A stretch of DNA of 64,000 bases from an uncultured SAR86 cluster bacterium (GCA_902616715.1 CACMTR010000002.1:68951-132950); one strand, 5' to 3'; positions 36,649 through 48,288 are shown, counted from the stretch's first letter. Notes: generated by a model not told the origin, from the sequence alone. Numbers and translations: made by a program.

Positions 36649-37806
36649 TTATCTTTTTATTTTGTCAGCTTTGTTAGTATTTTCCCAAGAAAATTCTTTA
36701 TCTTCTCTTCCAAAATGACCATATGCTGCAGTTTTCTGATAAATAGGTTTTTTTAAATCTAGCATTTGGATTAATTCTTTCGGTTTAAGTTCAAAGTTAT
36801 CAGCTACGATTTTAGCTATCTCAGTCTCAGGTATAGAATTGGTACCAAAGGTATTAATGCTAATTGAGGTTGGTTCAGCAATTCCAATTGCGTAAGAAAC
36901 TTGAATTTCACATTTTTCAGCTAAGCCAGCTGAGACAATATTTTTTGCTACATATCTTCCTGCGTAGGCGGCAGATCGATCAACTTTTGATGGATCTTTT
37001 CCAGAGAAGGCGCCCCCGCCATGTCTCGCCATGCCTCCATAAGTATCAACAATAATCTTACGTCCAGTCAGTCCACAATCTCCCACAGGCCCACCGATTA
37101 CAAACCTACCAGTCGGATTGATATAAATTTTGGTTTCAGGCGATAGCCAATTGGCTGGAATTACTTTGTTGATAATTTCCTCTCTTACTCCCTCTTCGAG
37201 GTCCGAAAAACTTACATCTTCGTCATGTTGAGTTGATAGAACAATTGCAGAAAGGTGTGAAGGTTTTCCAAAGTCATCGTAAACAAAACTCAATTGGCTT
37301 TTTGCATCGGGCCTTAACCAAGGCAAAATTTTATTTTTTCTAACCTCTGCTTGTTTTTTTACTAACAAGTGTGAATAAGTGATGGGAGCTGGCATGAGTA
37401 CGTCGGTTTCGCTGGTAGCGTAACCAAACATTAAGCCCTGATCTCCAGCGCCTTGATCGGTATCGGTTCCGGTACCCTCATTAACTCCTTGAGCGATGTC
37501 ATTTGATTGTACGCCAATCGCATTGACAATCTCTACACTGGATCCGTTGAAGCCTACGTCGTCATTATCGTACCCAACTTCGTTTATTACTGAACGTACA
37601 ACTTTTTCCAGATCAGGAGTTGCATTTGAAGAAATTTCTCCAGCAATAACTACCAAATCCGTTTTCACTAAAGTCTCACAAGCCACTCTAGATTCAGGAT
37701 CGTCCATTAAAAAAGCGTCAAGAATAGCATCGGATATTTGGTCTGCAAGTTTGTCGGGATGACCCTCAGACACTGATTCAGATGTGAAAGTTTTGTACTC
37801 GGACAT
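36649..37806 (-). CDS. metK: S-adenosylmethionine synthetase
   Basis: [33 protein letters not shown] and GGGAFSGKD. Confidence 0.99.
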   Translation of the reverse strand: MSEYKTFTSESVSEGHPDKLADQISDAILDAFLMDDPESRVACETLVKTDLVVIAGEISSNATPDLEKVVRSVINEVGYDNDDVGFNGSSVEIVNAIGVQSNDIAQGVNEGTGTDTDQGAGDQGLMFGYATSETDVLMPAPITYSHLLVKKQAEVRKNKILPWLRPDAKSQLSFVYDDFGKPSHLSAIVLSTQHDEDVSFSDLEEGVREEIINKVIPANWLSPETKIYINPTGRFVIGGPVGDCGLTGRKIIVDTYGGMARHGGGAFSGKDPSKVDRSAAYAGRYVAKNIVSAGLAEKCEIQVSYAIGIAEPTSISINTFGTNSIPETEIAKIVADNFELKPKELIQMLDLKKPIYQKTAAYGHFGREDKEFSWENTNKADKIKR

Positions 37807-37875
37807 AAAATTAAAAACGAGAAAGAATTCTACTATGATATTCTCTTTTTTTAATAGAAAATATCATTTTGATTC

Positions 37876-39855
37876 ATGTCCAATAAAGTAAATTTAGCAG
37901 ATGCCGTAAGGGCACTTTCGATGGATGCCGTTCAGGCTGCTAAGTGTGGTCATCCTGGCATGCCTATGGGAATGGCAGAAATTGCTCTCGTTCTATGGAC
38001 AAAACATTTAAAACATAATCCAAAAAACCCAGAATGGTTTAATCGAGATCGATTTGTACTCTCTAATGGTCATGGATCTATGTTGCTTTACTCATTGTTA
38101 CATCTAACCGGCTATGATTTACCATTAGAAGAACTTAAAAATTTTCGAAAACTTGGATCTAAAACACCAGGACATCCGGAATGTGACGTCACGCCTGGAG
38201 TTGAAACAACTACCGGCCCGTTAGGTCAGGGTCTTGCTAATGCAGTTGGTATGGCTTTGGCAGAAAAAATTCTTGCGCATAAATTCAATAAGCCAAATTT
38301 AGAGTTAATAAATCATTACACGTATGTCTTTTGTGGAGACGGCGATTTAATGGAAGGAATTTCACATGAAGCCTGTTCTTATGCGGGCACGCATAAACTC
38401 GAAAAATTAATAGTTCTTTATGACGACAACGATATAAGTATCGACGGAGAAGTTGCTGGATGGTTTACCGACGACACTGCGAAAAGATTTGAAAGCTACG
38501 GCTGGCATGTAATTCCTAAGGTCGACGGCCACAATGAACAAGAAATTGATAAAGCCATCACTGCAGCAAAAAAATCAAATCAACCAACATTGATTTGCTG
38601 TAAAACAGTTATTGGAAAAGGCTCTCCAAATAAAGCAGGTACGTCCGGTGTTCATGGATCTGCATTAGGTGACGAAGAAGTACTTTTGACAAGAAAAAAT
38701 ATTAATTGGAATTTTGAGGCATTTGAAATTCCTGAAGAAGCTTACGCTGGATGGAATCAAGAAGCTGCTGGGAAGGAGAGAGAAAGTTCCTGGGAAGAAA
38801 TACTCAAGGATTATCAAGAAAAGTGTCCTGAAGAATTTCTTGTGTTTGATCGTATGGTAAAAGGTGAATTGCCTGCAGAATTTGATTTAGTAATAGAAAA
38901 ATTAATAAAAAGCTTCGAAGAAGATGAAACAAACTATGCAAGTAGGAAATGCTCAGGTTTGTGTTTAGATGCTTTAGGCCCTGTTTTGCCAGAATTAATA
39001 GGAGGGTCGGCAGATCTGTCTCCTTCAAATAATACTGAGTGGAAAGGTTCTACTGTATTAACTCCAGAAACAGGTGGAAATTATTTGAATTATGGAGTGA
39101 GAGAATTCGGAATGTCGGCAATTATGAATGGCATGTATCTGCATGGCGGTATAAGACCCTATGGAGGAACTTTTTTAACCTTTTTGGATTATGCAAGAAA
39201 TGCTTTGAGAATGTCAGCATTGATGAAACTTCCAGTAATCTACATCTACACACACGACTCGATAGGGGTTGGAGAAGATGGGCCGACTCATCAACCGGTG
39301 GAACATATAAGCATGCTTCGAGCAACTCCTGGAGTATTTACTTGGAGACCGTGCGATGGTGTTGAAACCGCTTTTGCTTGGCAACACGCTTTGAAATCAA
39401 AAGAAAAGCCTCATGCTTTAGTTTTGTCGCGTCAAAATCTTCCCCCTCAAACAAGAAATGACTTAGGCGATATTTCTAAAGGTGGTTACGTGCTAAAAGA
39501 AGCTGAACAAGAGGATTTAACTATTATTGCCAGTGGATCTGAAGTAGGTTTAGCTATAGATGCAGCGGAAATTTTAAAAGAAGATAGTCTATCTATAAAA
39601 GTCGTATCAATCCCTTGTACAGAATTATTTGACTTACAAAGTGATGATTACAAATATAAAGTTTTGGGAGATGGTGCCAAATTAGTTATTGAAGCAGCTC
39701 AGCCAGATTTTTGGCATAAATATTTAAATCAAGGCGACAAAGTCTTAGGAATGAATTCTTATGGCGAATCAGCACCTTTAGAAGATTTGTTAGAACACTT
39801 TGGTTTTACAGTACCAAACGTGGTGACTTTATCTAAACAACTTATTGGCAAATGA
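37876..39855 (+). CDS. tkt: transketolase
   Basis: GHPGMPMG, TTGPLGQG, GDGDLMEG TPP motif and GEDGPTHQPVE. Confidence 0.98.
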   Translation: MSNKVNLADAVRALSMDAVQAAKCGHPGMPMGMAEIALVLWTKHLKHNPKNPEWFNRDRFVLSNGHGSMLLYSLLHLTGYDLPLEELKNFRKLGSKTPGHPECDVTPGVETTTGPLGQGLANAVGMALAEKILAHKFNKPNLELINHYTYVFCGDGDLMEGISHEACSYAGTHKLEKLIVLYDDNDISIDGEVAGWFTDDTAKRFESYGWHVIPKVDGHNEQEIDKAITAAKKSNQPTLICCKTVIGKGSPNKAGTSGVHGSALGDEEVLLTRKNINWNFEAFEIPEEAYAGWNQEAAGKERESSWEEILKDYQEKCPEEFLVFDRMVKGELPAEFDLVIEKLIKSFEEDETNYASRKCSGLCLDALGPVLPELIGGSADLSPSNNTEWKGSTVLTPETGGNYLNYGVREFGMSAIMNGMYLHGGIRPYGGTFLTFLDYARNALRMSALMKLPVIYIYTHDSIGVGEDGPTHQPVEHISMLRATPGVFTWRPCDGVETAFAWQHALKSKEKPHALVLSRQNLPPQTRNDLGDISKGGYVLKEAEQEDLTIIASGSEVGLAIDAAEILKEDSLSIKVVSIPCTELFDLQSDDYKYKVLGDGAKLVIEAAQPDFWHKYLNQGDKVLGMNSYGESAPLEDLLEHFGFTVPNVVTLSKQLIGK

Positions 39856-41009
39856 GCTTTGAAAGCAGTTTTATTGCATCAAAAAGTTTTGAAGACAAAG
39901 CAGTTGTATTGAGAGTTGATTACAACGTTCCTATAGAAAAAGGTGTGTTGTTAGATGATGAGCGATTGTTGAGATCCATCCCCACGATTGAATATATATT
40001 AAAACAAACTGATAATTTAAAAATTCTTACTCACTTAGGAAGGCCTTCCGAGCAAGATTCCATTACAGAAGAATTTTCACTTGCTCCAGTAGCTAAAAGG
40101 TTGGGGGAACTTTTACAAAAAGAAGTAAAGTTAGTTGATTCTATCGATGAGTTAAAATCCAGTAACTCTTTAGCTATGTTGGAAAATGTTAGAGCTTTTA
40201 TTGGAGAAAAAAATAATGACGACGAACTTTCAGAAAAATTAGGCGAGTTAGGAGATATTTTTGTAATGGATGCTTTTGGAACGGCGCATCGAAAGCAAGC
40301 TTCAACATATGGAATCGTTAATTTTGTTGAAGAAGCGTGTTTTGGATTGTTGATAGAACAAGAAATGAAAGCACTTGAAAAAATTGTTCTTTCGCCTGAT
40401 AAGCCGTTATTGGGAATCATTGGCGGCTCTAAAATATCAACAAAAATTAATGTAATAGAATCGTTAACAAATCATTGCGATTGGTTGATAGTCGGAGGCG
40501 CATTAGCAAATACTTGTTATGCAGCTCAGGGTAAAAACATTGGGAAATCTTTATTCGAACCAAGTTACCTTGATGTTGCGAAAAAAATTATTGAACACCC
40601 ACAAATTGTTATCCCTACTTTTGTTGTCGTGAGTAACGGCTCCAATGTTTCCGAGAAAAGTATCAACGACCTATCAAGTGAAGATGTAATTTTTGATGTC
40701 GGCCAACAATCCGTAGAGGCTTTTAGCCAATATATAGAAGATGCAAACACAATTGTTTGGAATGGTCCGCTTGGAAAATTTGAAGACGACAGATTTTCTA
40801 AAGGCACAGAAGGTATAGCCAAAAAAATTGCCGAAGCTAATGCAATGTCAATCATTGGAGGAGGGGAAACTTTGGCAGCTTTTTCTAAGATTCAGATGAT
40901 GGACTCAGTAGATTATGCCTCCACGGGAGGGGGTGCTTTTCTAGAGTATATTGAACTAGGCTCATTACCGAGTTTAGAATTAATTAATAAGAAAAATTTA
41001 GGGGGATAG
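39852..41009 (+). CDS. pgk: phosphoglycerate kinase
   Basis: RVDYNVP, HLGRP, DAFGTAHR, WNGPLG and STGGGA. Confidence 0.97.
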   Translation: MSFESSFIASKSFEDKAVVLRVDYNVPIEKGVLLDDERLLRSIPTIEYILKQTDNLKILTHLGRPSEQDSITEEFSLAPVAKRLGELLQKEVKLVDSIDELKSSNSLAMLENVRAFIGEKNNDDELSEKLGELGDIFVMDAFGTAHRKQASTYGIVNFVEEACFGLLIEQEMKALEKIVLSPDKPLLGIIGGSKISTKINVIESLTNHCDWLIVGGALANTCYAAQGKNIGKSLFEPSYLDVAKKIIEHPQIVIPTFVVVSNGSNVSEKSINDLSSEDVIFDVGQQSVEAFSQYIEDANTIVWNGPLGKFEDDRFSKGTEGIAKKIAEANAMSIIGGGETLAAFSKIQMMDSVDYASTGGGAFLEYIELGSLPSLELINKKNLGG

Positions 41010-41011
41010 AG

Positions 41012-42022
41012 ATGACATTTTCAAATATCGAAGACATTGCAAATTACCTCGTAGCTGATGGTAAAGGATTTTTAGCTGCAGACGAAAGTACGCCGACCAT
41101 TGGTAAAAGGTTTGACGCAATCAATACTGAATCAACCGAAACTTCTAGACGTGATTATCGGGAACTATTATTTCGTGCCTCAGGTATGAATGAAAATATT
41201 AGTGGTGTGATTTTATTCGATGAGACTTTGAGACAAGCGTCTGCAGACAGCACTGCATTGAAAGATATAATTTTGAAAACCGGAGCACTTCCAGGAATTA
41301 AAGTTGATAAAGGCGTCTCACCAATAAATGAATCTGAGGAGGTTCTAACTGGAGGCCTAGATGGCCTCGAAGAACGTTGCGCAGAATATGAGAGTCTAGG
41401 AGCCAAGTTTACTAAGTGGCGCGCTGTTATCAAAATTGGTGAAAATATGCCAACTGATGAATGCATTGAGGCCAATACACAAGCACTCGCCGATTACGCA
41501 AAAATAGTTCAGAACAACAAGATGGTACCGATCGTTGAACCTGAGGTTTTGATGGACGGCGAGCACTCAGCAAATACTTGCTATGACGCAACTTCAAGAT
41601 GTTTAAATTCTTTATTTTCTAACTTAGAGAATAAAGGAGTAAATATTAAAGGAACTATCCTAAAACCTAACATGGTACTGGCAGGACAAGATGCGCCTTC
41701 TCAACTGAGTCCTGAAGAAGTAGCTGAACTTACAATGAAATGTTTATTAGAAAATGTTCCAGCAGAGTTGCCTGGAATTGCTTTTTTATCTGGTGGTCAG
41801 TCCGATATAGATGCCACTGCAAATTTAGACGCATTAAATAAAAAAGGCGGGAATCCTTGGAAGCTTACTTTTTCATATGGCAGAGCTTTACAACAAGCTG
41901 CTTTAAAATCCTGGCTTGGGCAAAGCGAAAATACATTAAGCGCGCAGGAGGCTTTTTCACATCGCGCAAAAATGAATAGACTTGCTGCTTTGGGACAGTG
42001 GACCAAAGATCTAGAAAGGTAA
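41012..42022 (+). CDS. fructose-bisphosphate aldolase class I (eukaryote-like, Schiff-base)
   Basis: GKGFLAADES, GIKVDKG, KWRAV, PIVEPE, ILKPNMV and FSYGRALQ. Confidence 0.96.
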   Translation: MTFSNIEDIANYLVADGKGFLAADESTPTIGKRFDAINTESTETSRRDYRELLFRASGMNENISGVILFDETLRQASADSTALKDIILKTGALPGIKVDKGVSPINESEEVLTGGLDGLEERCAEYESLGAKFTKWRAVIKIGENMPTDECIEANTQALADYAKIVQNNKMVPIVEPEVLMDGEHSANTCYDATSRCLNSLFSNLENKGVNIKGTILKPNMVLAGQDAPSQLSPEEVAELTMKCLLENVPAELPGIAFLSGGQSDIDATANLDALNKKGGNPWKLTFSYGRALQQAALKSWLGQSENTLSAQEAFSHRAKMNRLAALGQWTKDLER

Positions 42023-42253
42023 AAAACCTCTTATAGTATTTATTAAAGGTAAAATTCTCTGTAGAAATCCAGAAACATTGATTCCTAATCTTGGAAGCAA
42101 CCAAATGCTAAACCCTATGATTGCGGCAACAATAATAATCGCAATTAAATAACTAAAAATTTTTGGTCTGTTCTGATTTTTATTGGTAAGAAGTTTTCCA
42201 ATAATTAAGAAGGTAATTAAAACAAAAGCAGCAATTAATATGATTCTTAACAT
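42011..42253 (-). CDS. small membrane protein
   Basis: Two TM segments; last gene of the ubiE-tat run. Confidence 0.6.
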   Translation of the reverse strand: MLRIILIAAFVLITFLIIGKLLTNKNQNRPKIFSYLIAIIIVAAIIGFSIWLLPRLGINVSGFLQRILPLINTIRGFLPF

Positions 42254-42255
42254 TG

Positions 42256-42675
42256 TTAAAATGTGGTCAAAAGGCTAAGTAAAAAACATCCCGATACTGC
42301 AGATGTAAGATTTCTTCTAAGTTTTAGGTAAGTTTCATCACTCATAAATTTATTCGCCCGTTTTTCAAAAATATAGAATAAAGGAAAACTTATTGCAAAA
42401 ATTATCAAAGCTATTTTTAAAAAAAAATAGCCAATAATTATTGTAAAAAACCCAACTAATGAAAATAAGATTCCTACAGCTAAATTTTTTCTACTTGAAA
42501 TATTCCAACCCCAGCTCATGCCTGCAAGAAAAGACATAATTATTGCGCCGTAAACAATCAATAAAAAGTAAGCTTGTTTTGTATAGACTTCGCCAAAGAC
42601 CCAAGGAAAAATAGAAAGGATTCCAAAAGGAATGAATCCCAGATACCCTAGCAACATTCTTAAATTGTTGTTCAT
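42256..42675 (-). CDS. DUF3429-like membrane protein
   Basis: LGYLGFIPF, YGAIIMSFLAG..W and YLKLR..LT. Confidence 0.8.
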   Translation of the reverse strand: MNNNLRMLLGYLGFIPFGILSIFPWVFGEVYTKQAYFLLIVYGAIIMSFLAGMSWGWNISSRKNLAVGILFSLVGFFTIIIGYFFLKIALIIFAISFPLFYIFEKRANKFMSDETYLKLRRNLTSAVSGCFLLSLLTTF

Positions 42676-43385
42676 TTTTTTATGAACCTTGATAAAAATA
42701 AGCCTAATTCGAATAGAAGCCAGGTTGGAATGGCTAGTAAAGTTTGGCTAATCACATCGGGTGGAGTGAGTAACATCCCAATTACAAAACAACCCACAAT
42801 TACATATGGTCTAGCTTTCGATAAGCTTTCTCGAGAAGATAATCCTCCCCAAATCAATGCCAAAATCAAAATTGGCATTTCAAAAGCAAATCCAAAAGCT
42901 AATAAAAGCGTGATAATAAAATCCAGATATTGTGCGATATCTGTCATCACAGCCACTTCTGAAGGAGCAGATTGAATAAAGAAAGAAAAAATTAAGGGGA
43001 AAACTAAAAAGAAGGCAAATGCCATGCCAGAGTAAAATAAAATAATACTAAAAGCGCTTAGTGAAACTGATAATAGTCTTTCGTTTCGATATAGTCCTGG
43101 CGAAATAAAGTTCCAAAGTTCTACAATGAGATAGGGAATTGCTAAAAACAACGCTGCGTAAAAACTTAATTTTAAAGGGGTTAAAAAAGGAGAGGCCACC
43201 CCTGTAGCGATCATCGACGAATTTTCAGGAAGAAATTTCATCAAGGGCTCTGCAACAAAAAGATAGATAGTTTCTTGAAAGAAGGTCAGAGCGATAAAGC
43301 AAAGCGCTAAGACACACATAGCTCTCAATAGCATATTTCTTAGTAAGCCTAGCTGGAAGATGATTGAGCTTTTGCCTTCAGTCAT
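42672..43385 (-). CDS. tatC: twin-arginine translocase subunit TatC
   Basis: WNFISPGLY.NER, GFAFEMP and LTPPDVISQ. Start moved to ATG 43385. Confidence 0.95.
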   Translation of the reverse strand: MTEGKSSIIFQLGLLRNMLLRAMCVLALCFIALTFFQETIYLFVAEPLMKFLPENSSMIATGVASPFLTPLKLSFYAALFLAIPYLIVELWNFISPGLYRNERLLSVSLSAFSIILFYSGMAFAFFLVFPLIFSFFIQSAPSEVAVMTDIAQYLDFIITLLLAFGFAFEMPILILALIWGGLSSRESLSKARPYVIVGCFVIGMLLTPPDVISQTLLAIPTWLLFELGLFLSRFIKK

Positions 43386-43569
43386 CTTCTTTTTTTTGGT
43401 TTTCAAATCCTTCAGAATAAAGTTCTTGCTTTAGTTTTCTAAAGCCGCTTTTAAGCTTAAGAAAAATTTCTTCGACTGAAGTTATGAATGCAGGAAGTCT
43501 TGATGGTCCTAAAATGACTAGGGAAATAAAGCAGATTATTAAAATCTCAAAGAAACCGATATCAAACAT
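43378..43569 (-). CDS. tatB: twin-arginine translocase subunit TatB (short)
   Basis: MFDIGFFE...LVILGP.RLP. Confidence 0.9.
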   Translation of the reverse strand: MFDIGFFEILIICFISLVILGPSRLPAFITSVEEIFLKLKSGFRKLKQELYSEGFENQKKEDD

Positions 43570-43749
43570 TTATTGAGGATCGTCTTCTTTTTTTTCCTCT
43601 ACAGGCTCTTCTTTGACAGCTTTTCTAAAATTTTTAAAAGCAGAGCCTAAATCACCACCCATATTTCTAAATCTTCTTGTTCCAAAAATAAGGATTATTA
43701 TTGCTAGTATGATTAAAAGTTGCCAAATACTTATTCCACCAAAACCCAT
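43570..43749 (-). CDS. tatA: twin-arginine translocase subunit TatA
   Basis: Not in the ORF track. [45 protein letters not shown]... (59 aa). Confidence 0.95.
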   Translation of the reverse strand: MGFGGISIWQLLIILAIIILIFGTRRFRNMGGDLGSAFKNFRKAVKEEPVEEKKEDDPQ

Positions 43750-43751
43750 TT

Positions 43752-44078
43752 TTACCTCTTAGATTTTTCTTCTAAACCTGAAACACCTTCTCTTTTCTCT
43801 AATTCCTCCAAAATTTTAGAGGGATCAATATCTTTGTATGCTAATAATACCATGACGTGAAACAACAGGTCTGCAGCTTCGTGAATAATTGAATCCTTAT
43901 TCACAACATCTGTCTCTGCAGACTCAATCAATTCTTCAGATTCCTCTCTTATTTTTGCAATTATTTTTTCTACTCCTTCAGTAAAAAGTTGTGATGTATA
44001 AGAATTAGAATTTGGAGAACTTTTTCTTTCTTTTAAAAGTAAGGACAGCCTATTTATTATGCTAGTTGAATCACTCAT
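43752..44078 (-). CDS. hisE: phosphoribosyl-ATP pyrophosphatase
   Basis: SYTSQLF..G...I..K..EE.EE and HEAADLLFH. Confidence 0.93.
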   Translation of the reverse strand: MSDSTSIINRLSLLLKERKSSPNSNSYTSQLFTEGVEKIIAKIREESEELIESAETDVVNKDSIIHEAADLLFHVMVLLAYKDIDPSKILEELEKREGVSGLEEKSKR

Positions 44079-45622
44079 AGTGTTAATGATATCGATATTA
44101 CCGAAATAATTATTACTGCAGAAGTTATTAATAAATAATTCATAGAGGTTTTTTGGGTATTTATTTCCTTTCTTAGACTTTTAACTTCATCATTAAATTC
44201 ATCTAAATTAGAAATATTTTCAAATATAGCTTCCAATTTTTCAGGAAGTTCATATGCTTTTTCAAACAAATTAGGCACGTCATCTTTAATTTTTTTAAAT
44301 AAATTTGCCGGATTGTATTTTTTATTAATCCACTGCTGAATGAATGGTTTCGCTGTACTCCATAAATCTAAATCAGGGTAAATCTGTCGGCCTAGGCCTT
44401 CTATGTTTAGAAGAGTTTTGTGAAGCAAAAGTAATGAGGCTGGAAGCGACAAATTATAAATTCTAGTCTCTTCAAAAAGATACAAAAGCATTTCCCCAAA
44501 TTTTATTTCGCTGAAAGGCTTTTCAAAAATTGGATCTAGAGCAGTTCTGATGGTTACTTCAAGCTCAATGGGTCTTGTTGTTTGGTCTACCCAACCAGCA
44601 GAAATCATAGTTTTTGCTACTCCTGAATAATTTTTACTGAACATGTCTGCAAGCATTTTTCCTATTAGCAACTGCTCTTTCTCACTCAAGCTACCGCAAA
44701 TTGCGTAATCCACGGCAACGTAGGATGGAGATTTAGGATCGGAAGCATTTACAAAAATATTTCCTGGATGCATATCCGCATGAAAAAAATTGTCTTCAAA
44801 TAATTGCTTAAAAAAAATACTAACTCCACGCTCTGCAAGCAACTTTAAATCTACTTCTTTTTTTATTAATGTTTCTATGTCAGTTACAGGAATGCCTTCA
44901 ATTTTTTCTAAAGTAAGAGTTTTAAGACCCGAAAATTCTGTGTATGTTTTTGGTACGTACAACAGCTCATTATTTTCGAAAAAATTAGCAGTTTGGATAG
45001 TATTGCCAGCCTCTTTTTTTAGATCTACTTCTGAATTTATAACCAATTCATACTCATCGATCATTTCTTTTAATTTCAATCTCTTTGCGTCAGATTTAAA
45101 TTTGTTGGCAAAATAGCCAATAGCTTTTAACAATGCTAGATCTTTTTTTATCTTTTTTTCTAGGTCTGGACGCACCACTTTTACTACGACTTTTTCTCCA
45201 GTCTTGAGTTTCGCTTCATGAACTTGAGCAATTGAGGCCGCAGCAAGAGGTTTCTCATTGAATTCAACGAAAATTTCGTTTATTGGCTTTCCCAGGTCCA
45301 GCTCAATTATTTCTTTAGCAACTTTTGTTTCAAAAGGTTCTAAATCGTTTTGAAATTTTTTTAAAGCGCTTACTATTTCTTCATCTAAAAGATCAGGTCT
45401 CGTCGATAATATTTGTCCGAATTTTATAAACACTGGACCAGCTTTCTCTAAAGCATCTGCAAGCCTTTCTCCAGAAGATCTATTTTTTTTAGAAAACTTA
45501 AAAGGATTTAATAAAAATAAGAAAAAAAGCCATTTAGGTAGTGCCTCTTTAGGAAAAATTTCATTTAAGCGATAGCTAAAAAATAAGTAAGTAATTTTTA
45601 AAAAACGAAAGAGTGCTGTCAT
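44075..45622 (-). CDS. ubiB: ubiquinone biosynthesis regulatory kinase UbiB
   Basis: GPVFIKFGQILSTRPD, AAASIAQVH, VKV and FFHADMHPGN. Confidence 0.95.
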   Translation of the reverse strand: MTALFRFLKITYLFFSYRLNEIFPKEALPKWLFFLFLLNPFKFSKKNRSSGERLADALEKAGPVFIKFGQILSTRPDLLDEEIVSALKKFQNDLEPFETKVAKEIIELDLGKPINEIFVEFNEKPLAAASIAQVHEAKLKTGEKVVVKVVRPDLEKKIKKDLALLKAIGYFANKFKSDAKRLKLKEMIDEYELVINSEVDLKKEAGNTIQTANFFENNELLYVPKTYTEFSGLKTLTLEKIEGIPVTDIETLIKKEVDLKLLAERGVSIFFKQLFEDNFFHADMHPGNIFVNASDPKSPSYVAVDYAICGSLSEKEQLLIGKMLADMFSKNYSGVAKTMISAGWVDQTTRPIELEVTIRTALDPIFEKPFSEIKFGEMLLYLFEETRIYNLSLPASLLLLHKTLLNIEGLGRQIYPDLDLWSTAKPFIQQWINKKYNPANLFKKIKDDVPNLFEKAYELPEKLEAIFENISNLDEFNDEVKSLRKEINTQKTSMNYLLITSAVIIISVISISLTL

Positions 45623-46374
45623 ATGATTTTTTCACCAAAGTGTAATGCAACAATTCCACCAGTCATATTTTGGTATTCAGCATTTTTAAATCCTGCTTTA
45701 TTCATCATTTTTAAAAATTCATCTTGTTTTGGATGCATTCTTATAGATTCGGCCAAATATTCGTAACTTTTGCTATCTCCAGCAATCCATTGCCCAAGTT
45801 TCGGTAATAGATTAAAAGAGTAAAGGTCATATAATTCTGAAAGCCAATTGTATTCAGGATTAGAAAATTCTAAAACCAATAATCTTCCACCAGGCTTCAA
45901 ACATCTATAAAACTCATTTAAAGCTTGATCTTTATTAGTAACATTTCTTATCCCAAAGGCTATAGAAATACAATCAAATTTCTCATCTTCGAAAGGTAAC
46001 GTTTCTGCATCTGCCACAAGATTTAAAACGTTGTTACATCCTGAATCTATAATTCTGTCTCTACCAACCTTGAGCATCTTCTCGTTTATATCTGAGAGAA
46101 ATACAGTGCCTGATTCACCTACTAGATCTGAAAACAAGATGGCAAGATCTCCAGTTCCACCAGCGACATCTAAAACGGAATTTCCTGATTTTAAGTTACT
46201 CATCTGAATAGTAGCCTTTTTCCATAATCTATGAACTCCTAACGACATAAGATCGTTCATAAGATCATATTTATTTGATACCGAATCAAAAACTTCTTTA
46301 ACCAAATCGGGTTTTTCTTTAGAGTTAACTTTTTTGTAACCAAAATGAGTTTCGTTTTTATTCTCTTTCGTCAT
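45619..46374 (-). CDS. ubiE: ubiquinone/menaquinone C-methyltransferase
   Basis: THFG, YDLMNDLMS.G.HRLWK, LDVAGGTGD and YLAESIRMHP. Confidence 0.97.
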   Translation of the reverse strand: MTKENKNETHFGYKKVNSKEKPDLVKEVFDSVSNKYDLMNDLMSLGVHRLWKKATIQMSNLKSGNSVLDVAGGTGDLAILFSDLVGESGTVFLSDINEKMLKVGRDRIIDSGCNNVLNLVADAETLPFEDEKFDCISIAFGIRNVTNKDQALNEFYRCLKPGGRLLVLEFSNPEYNWLSELYDLYSFNLLPKLGQWIAGDSKSYEYLAESIRMHPKQDEFLKMMNKAGFKNAEYQNMTGGIVALHFGEKII

Positions 46375-46411
46375 AAATTCTCTTATTTTGTTACTATTGT
46401 AGAGTAATCGT

Positions 46412-46957
46412 ATGGAAAAAAAATTAATCTGGTTAGATTTAGAAATGACAGGGTTGGACCCTAGCGCTGAACGGATTATTGAGATCTTTACAGCAGTTAC
46501 TAATGAAGATCTTACTGAAATTATTGATGGACCAAATTTAGTAGTTTCTCAACCTCAAGAGTATATAGACGCTATGGATGATTGGAATCAAACTCATCAC
46601 GGAGACTCTGGGTTAATTGAAGACGTGCTTAACAGTAATATTTCTCAAGAAGAAGCGGAGCAAGAAACTTTGAGATTTTTAAGGGAACATGTGAAAAAAA
46701 ATTCATCTCCACTTTGTGGTAATACAGTATGGCACGATAGAAAGTTTTTAACTTTATATATGCCAGAATTGGAGGATTATTTTCATTATAGATGTATAGA
46801 TGTTAGTTCAGTTAAAGAGCTGACGAAGAGGTGGAGACCAGAGATCTCAATTCAGCATACTAATAAAACTGCTGCGCATAGAGCACAGGCGGATGTTTAC
46901 GAATCTATAAATGAATTGAGATTTTATAGAGACACTATTTTTGCTAAATCAGGTTAA
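46412..46957 (+). CDS. orn: oligoribonuclease
   Basis: [23 protein letters not shown] and HRA..D..ES. Confidence 0.97.
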   Translation: MEKKLIWLDLEMTGLDPSAERIIEIFTAVTNEDLTEIIDGPNLVVSQPQEYIDAMDDWNQTHHGDSGLIEDVLNSNISQEEAEQETLRFLREHVKKNSSPLCGNTVWHDRKFLTLYMPELEDYFHYRCIDVSSVKELTKRWRPEISIQHTNKTAAHRAQADVYESINELRFYRDTIFAKSG

Positions 46958-46962
46958 ATGAA

Positions 46963-48285
46963 ATGAGAAAAGTCTTTATTAAAACTCATGGCTGCCAGAT
47001 GAATGAGTATGATTCTGAAAAAATGCTAGACCTTTTGTCAGCGGAGGAGCAATTCATGTCAACTGATAATCCTGAAGACGCTGATTTACTTGTACTCAAT
47101 ACTTGTTCTATTAGAGAAAAGGCCCAAGAAAAGGTTTTTCATCAAATTGGTAGGTGGAAAAAACTTAAAGATAAAAATCCTCAACTAAAAATTGCAATTG
47201 GCGGTTGCGTAGCAAGCCAAGAGGGGAAAAAGATTACGCAAAGAGCACCAGCAGTTGACATTGTCTTTGGGCCTCAGACTCTTCATAGGCTTCCAAATAT
47301 GTATAAAGATGCAAGCCAAACCTCAAATAGACAACTTGATGTAAGTTTCCCAAAAATAGAAAAATTTGATTATCTGCCTCAATCTAATACTGATGAAGTC
47401 ACAGCTTTTGTATCGATCGCAGAGGGCTGCAATAAATATTGTTCTTTTTGCGTAGTGCCGCATACAAGGGGACATGAAGTCAGTCGTCCAGTAGAAGATA
47501 TTTTATTGGAAATCAATTCACTAGCGAATAGAGGAGTAAGGGAAATAAATCTTCTTGGACAAAATGTAAATAATTTTAAGGGTACATATCGGGATAAAAA
47601 AACTTCTTTGGCTTTTTTAATTGAAAAAACTTCGGAAATTGATGGAATTGATAGAATCAGATATACCACTAGTCATCCTTATGAATTTAAGGACGATTTA
47701 GTCGAGCTTTACAAACACATTCCAGAATTAGTAAGTCATGTTCATTTACCTGTTCAAAGTGGATCAGATAGAATTTTAAAATTAATGAGACGAAGATACA
47801 CTGCATCGGATTATTTAGACCTGATTGCTCGAATTAAAGCTAACAGACCAAACATAAGTTTTTCGTCAGATTTTATTGTTGGATTTCCTGGAGAAACAGA
47901 TAAAGATTTTCAAGATACAATGGATTTGGTTGAAAAAGTTGGGTTTGATGAGTCTTTTAGCTTTGTTTATAGTCCAAGGCCCAATACTCCGGCTGCTGAA
48001 ATGGAAGATAACATTACTCTGGAAATTAAAAAAGAAAGATTGACTATTCTTCAACACAAGTTGAATGAACTTTCATCTAAAATATCTAGAAAAATGGTAG
48101 GTACAATAGAAAATTGCTTAGTACTCGGAGTTTCTAAAAAAAATCCTGGGGAGCTTCAGGCGAGAACAGAAAACAACAGAGTTGTTAATTTTGCTTCAAG
48201 TCATGACAAAATAGGTAAATTCGTAAATATAAAGATTGTTGATCAGTTGACTAATTCATTAAGAGGTAAGTTAGAAAGATTCTAA
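46963..48285 (+). CDS. miaB: tRNA 2-methylthio-N6-dimethylallyladenosine synthase
   Basis: [18 protein letters not shown], radical [11 protein letters not shown] and C-terminal TRAM domain. Confidence 0.97.
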   Translation: MRKVFIKTHGCQMNEYDSEKMLDLLSAEEQFMSTDNPEDADLLVLNTCSIREKAQEKVFHQIGRWKKLKDKNPQLKIAIGGCVASQEGKKITQRAPAVDIVFGPQTLHRLPNMYKDASQTSNRQLDVSFPKIEKFDYLPQSNTDEVTAFVSIAEGCNKYCSFCVVPHTRGHEVSRPVEDILLEINSLANRGVREINLLGQNVNNFKGTYRDKKTSLAFLIEKTSEIDGIDRIRYTTSHPYEFKDDLVELYKHIPELVSHVHLPVQSGSDRILKLMRRRYTASDYLDLIARIKANRPNISFSSDFIVGFPGETDKDFQDTMDLVEKVGFDESFSFVYSPRPNTPAAEMEDNITLEIKKERLTILQHKLNELSSKISRKMVGTIENCLVLGVSKKNPGELQARTENNRVVNFASSHDKIGKFVNIKIVDQLTNSLRGKLERF

Positions 48286-48288
48286 TAT

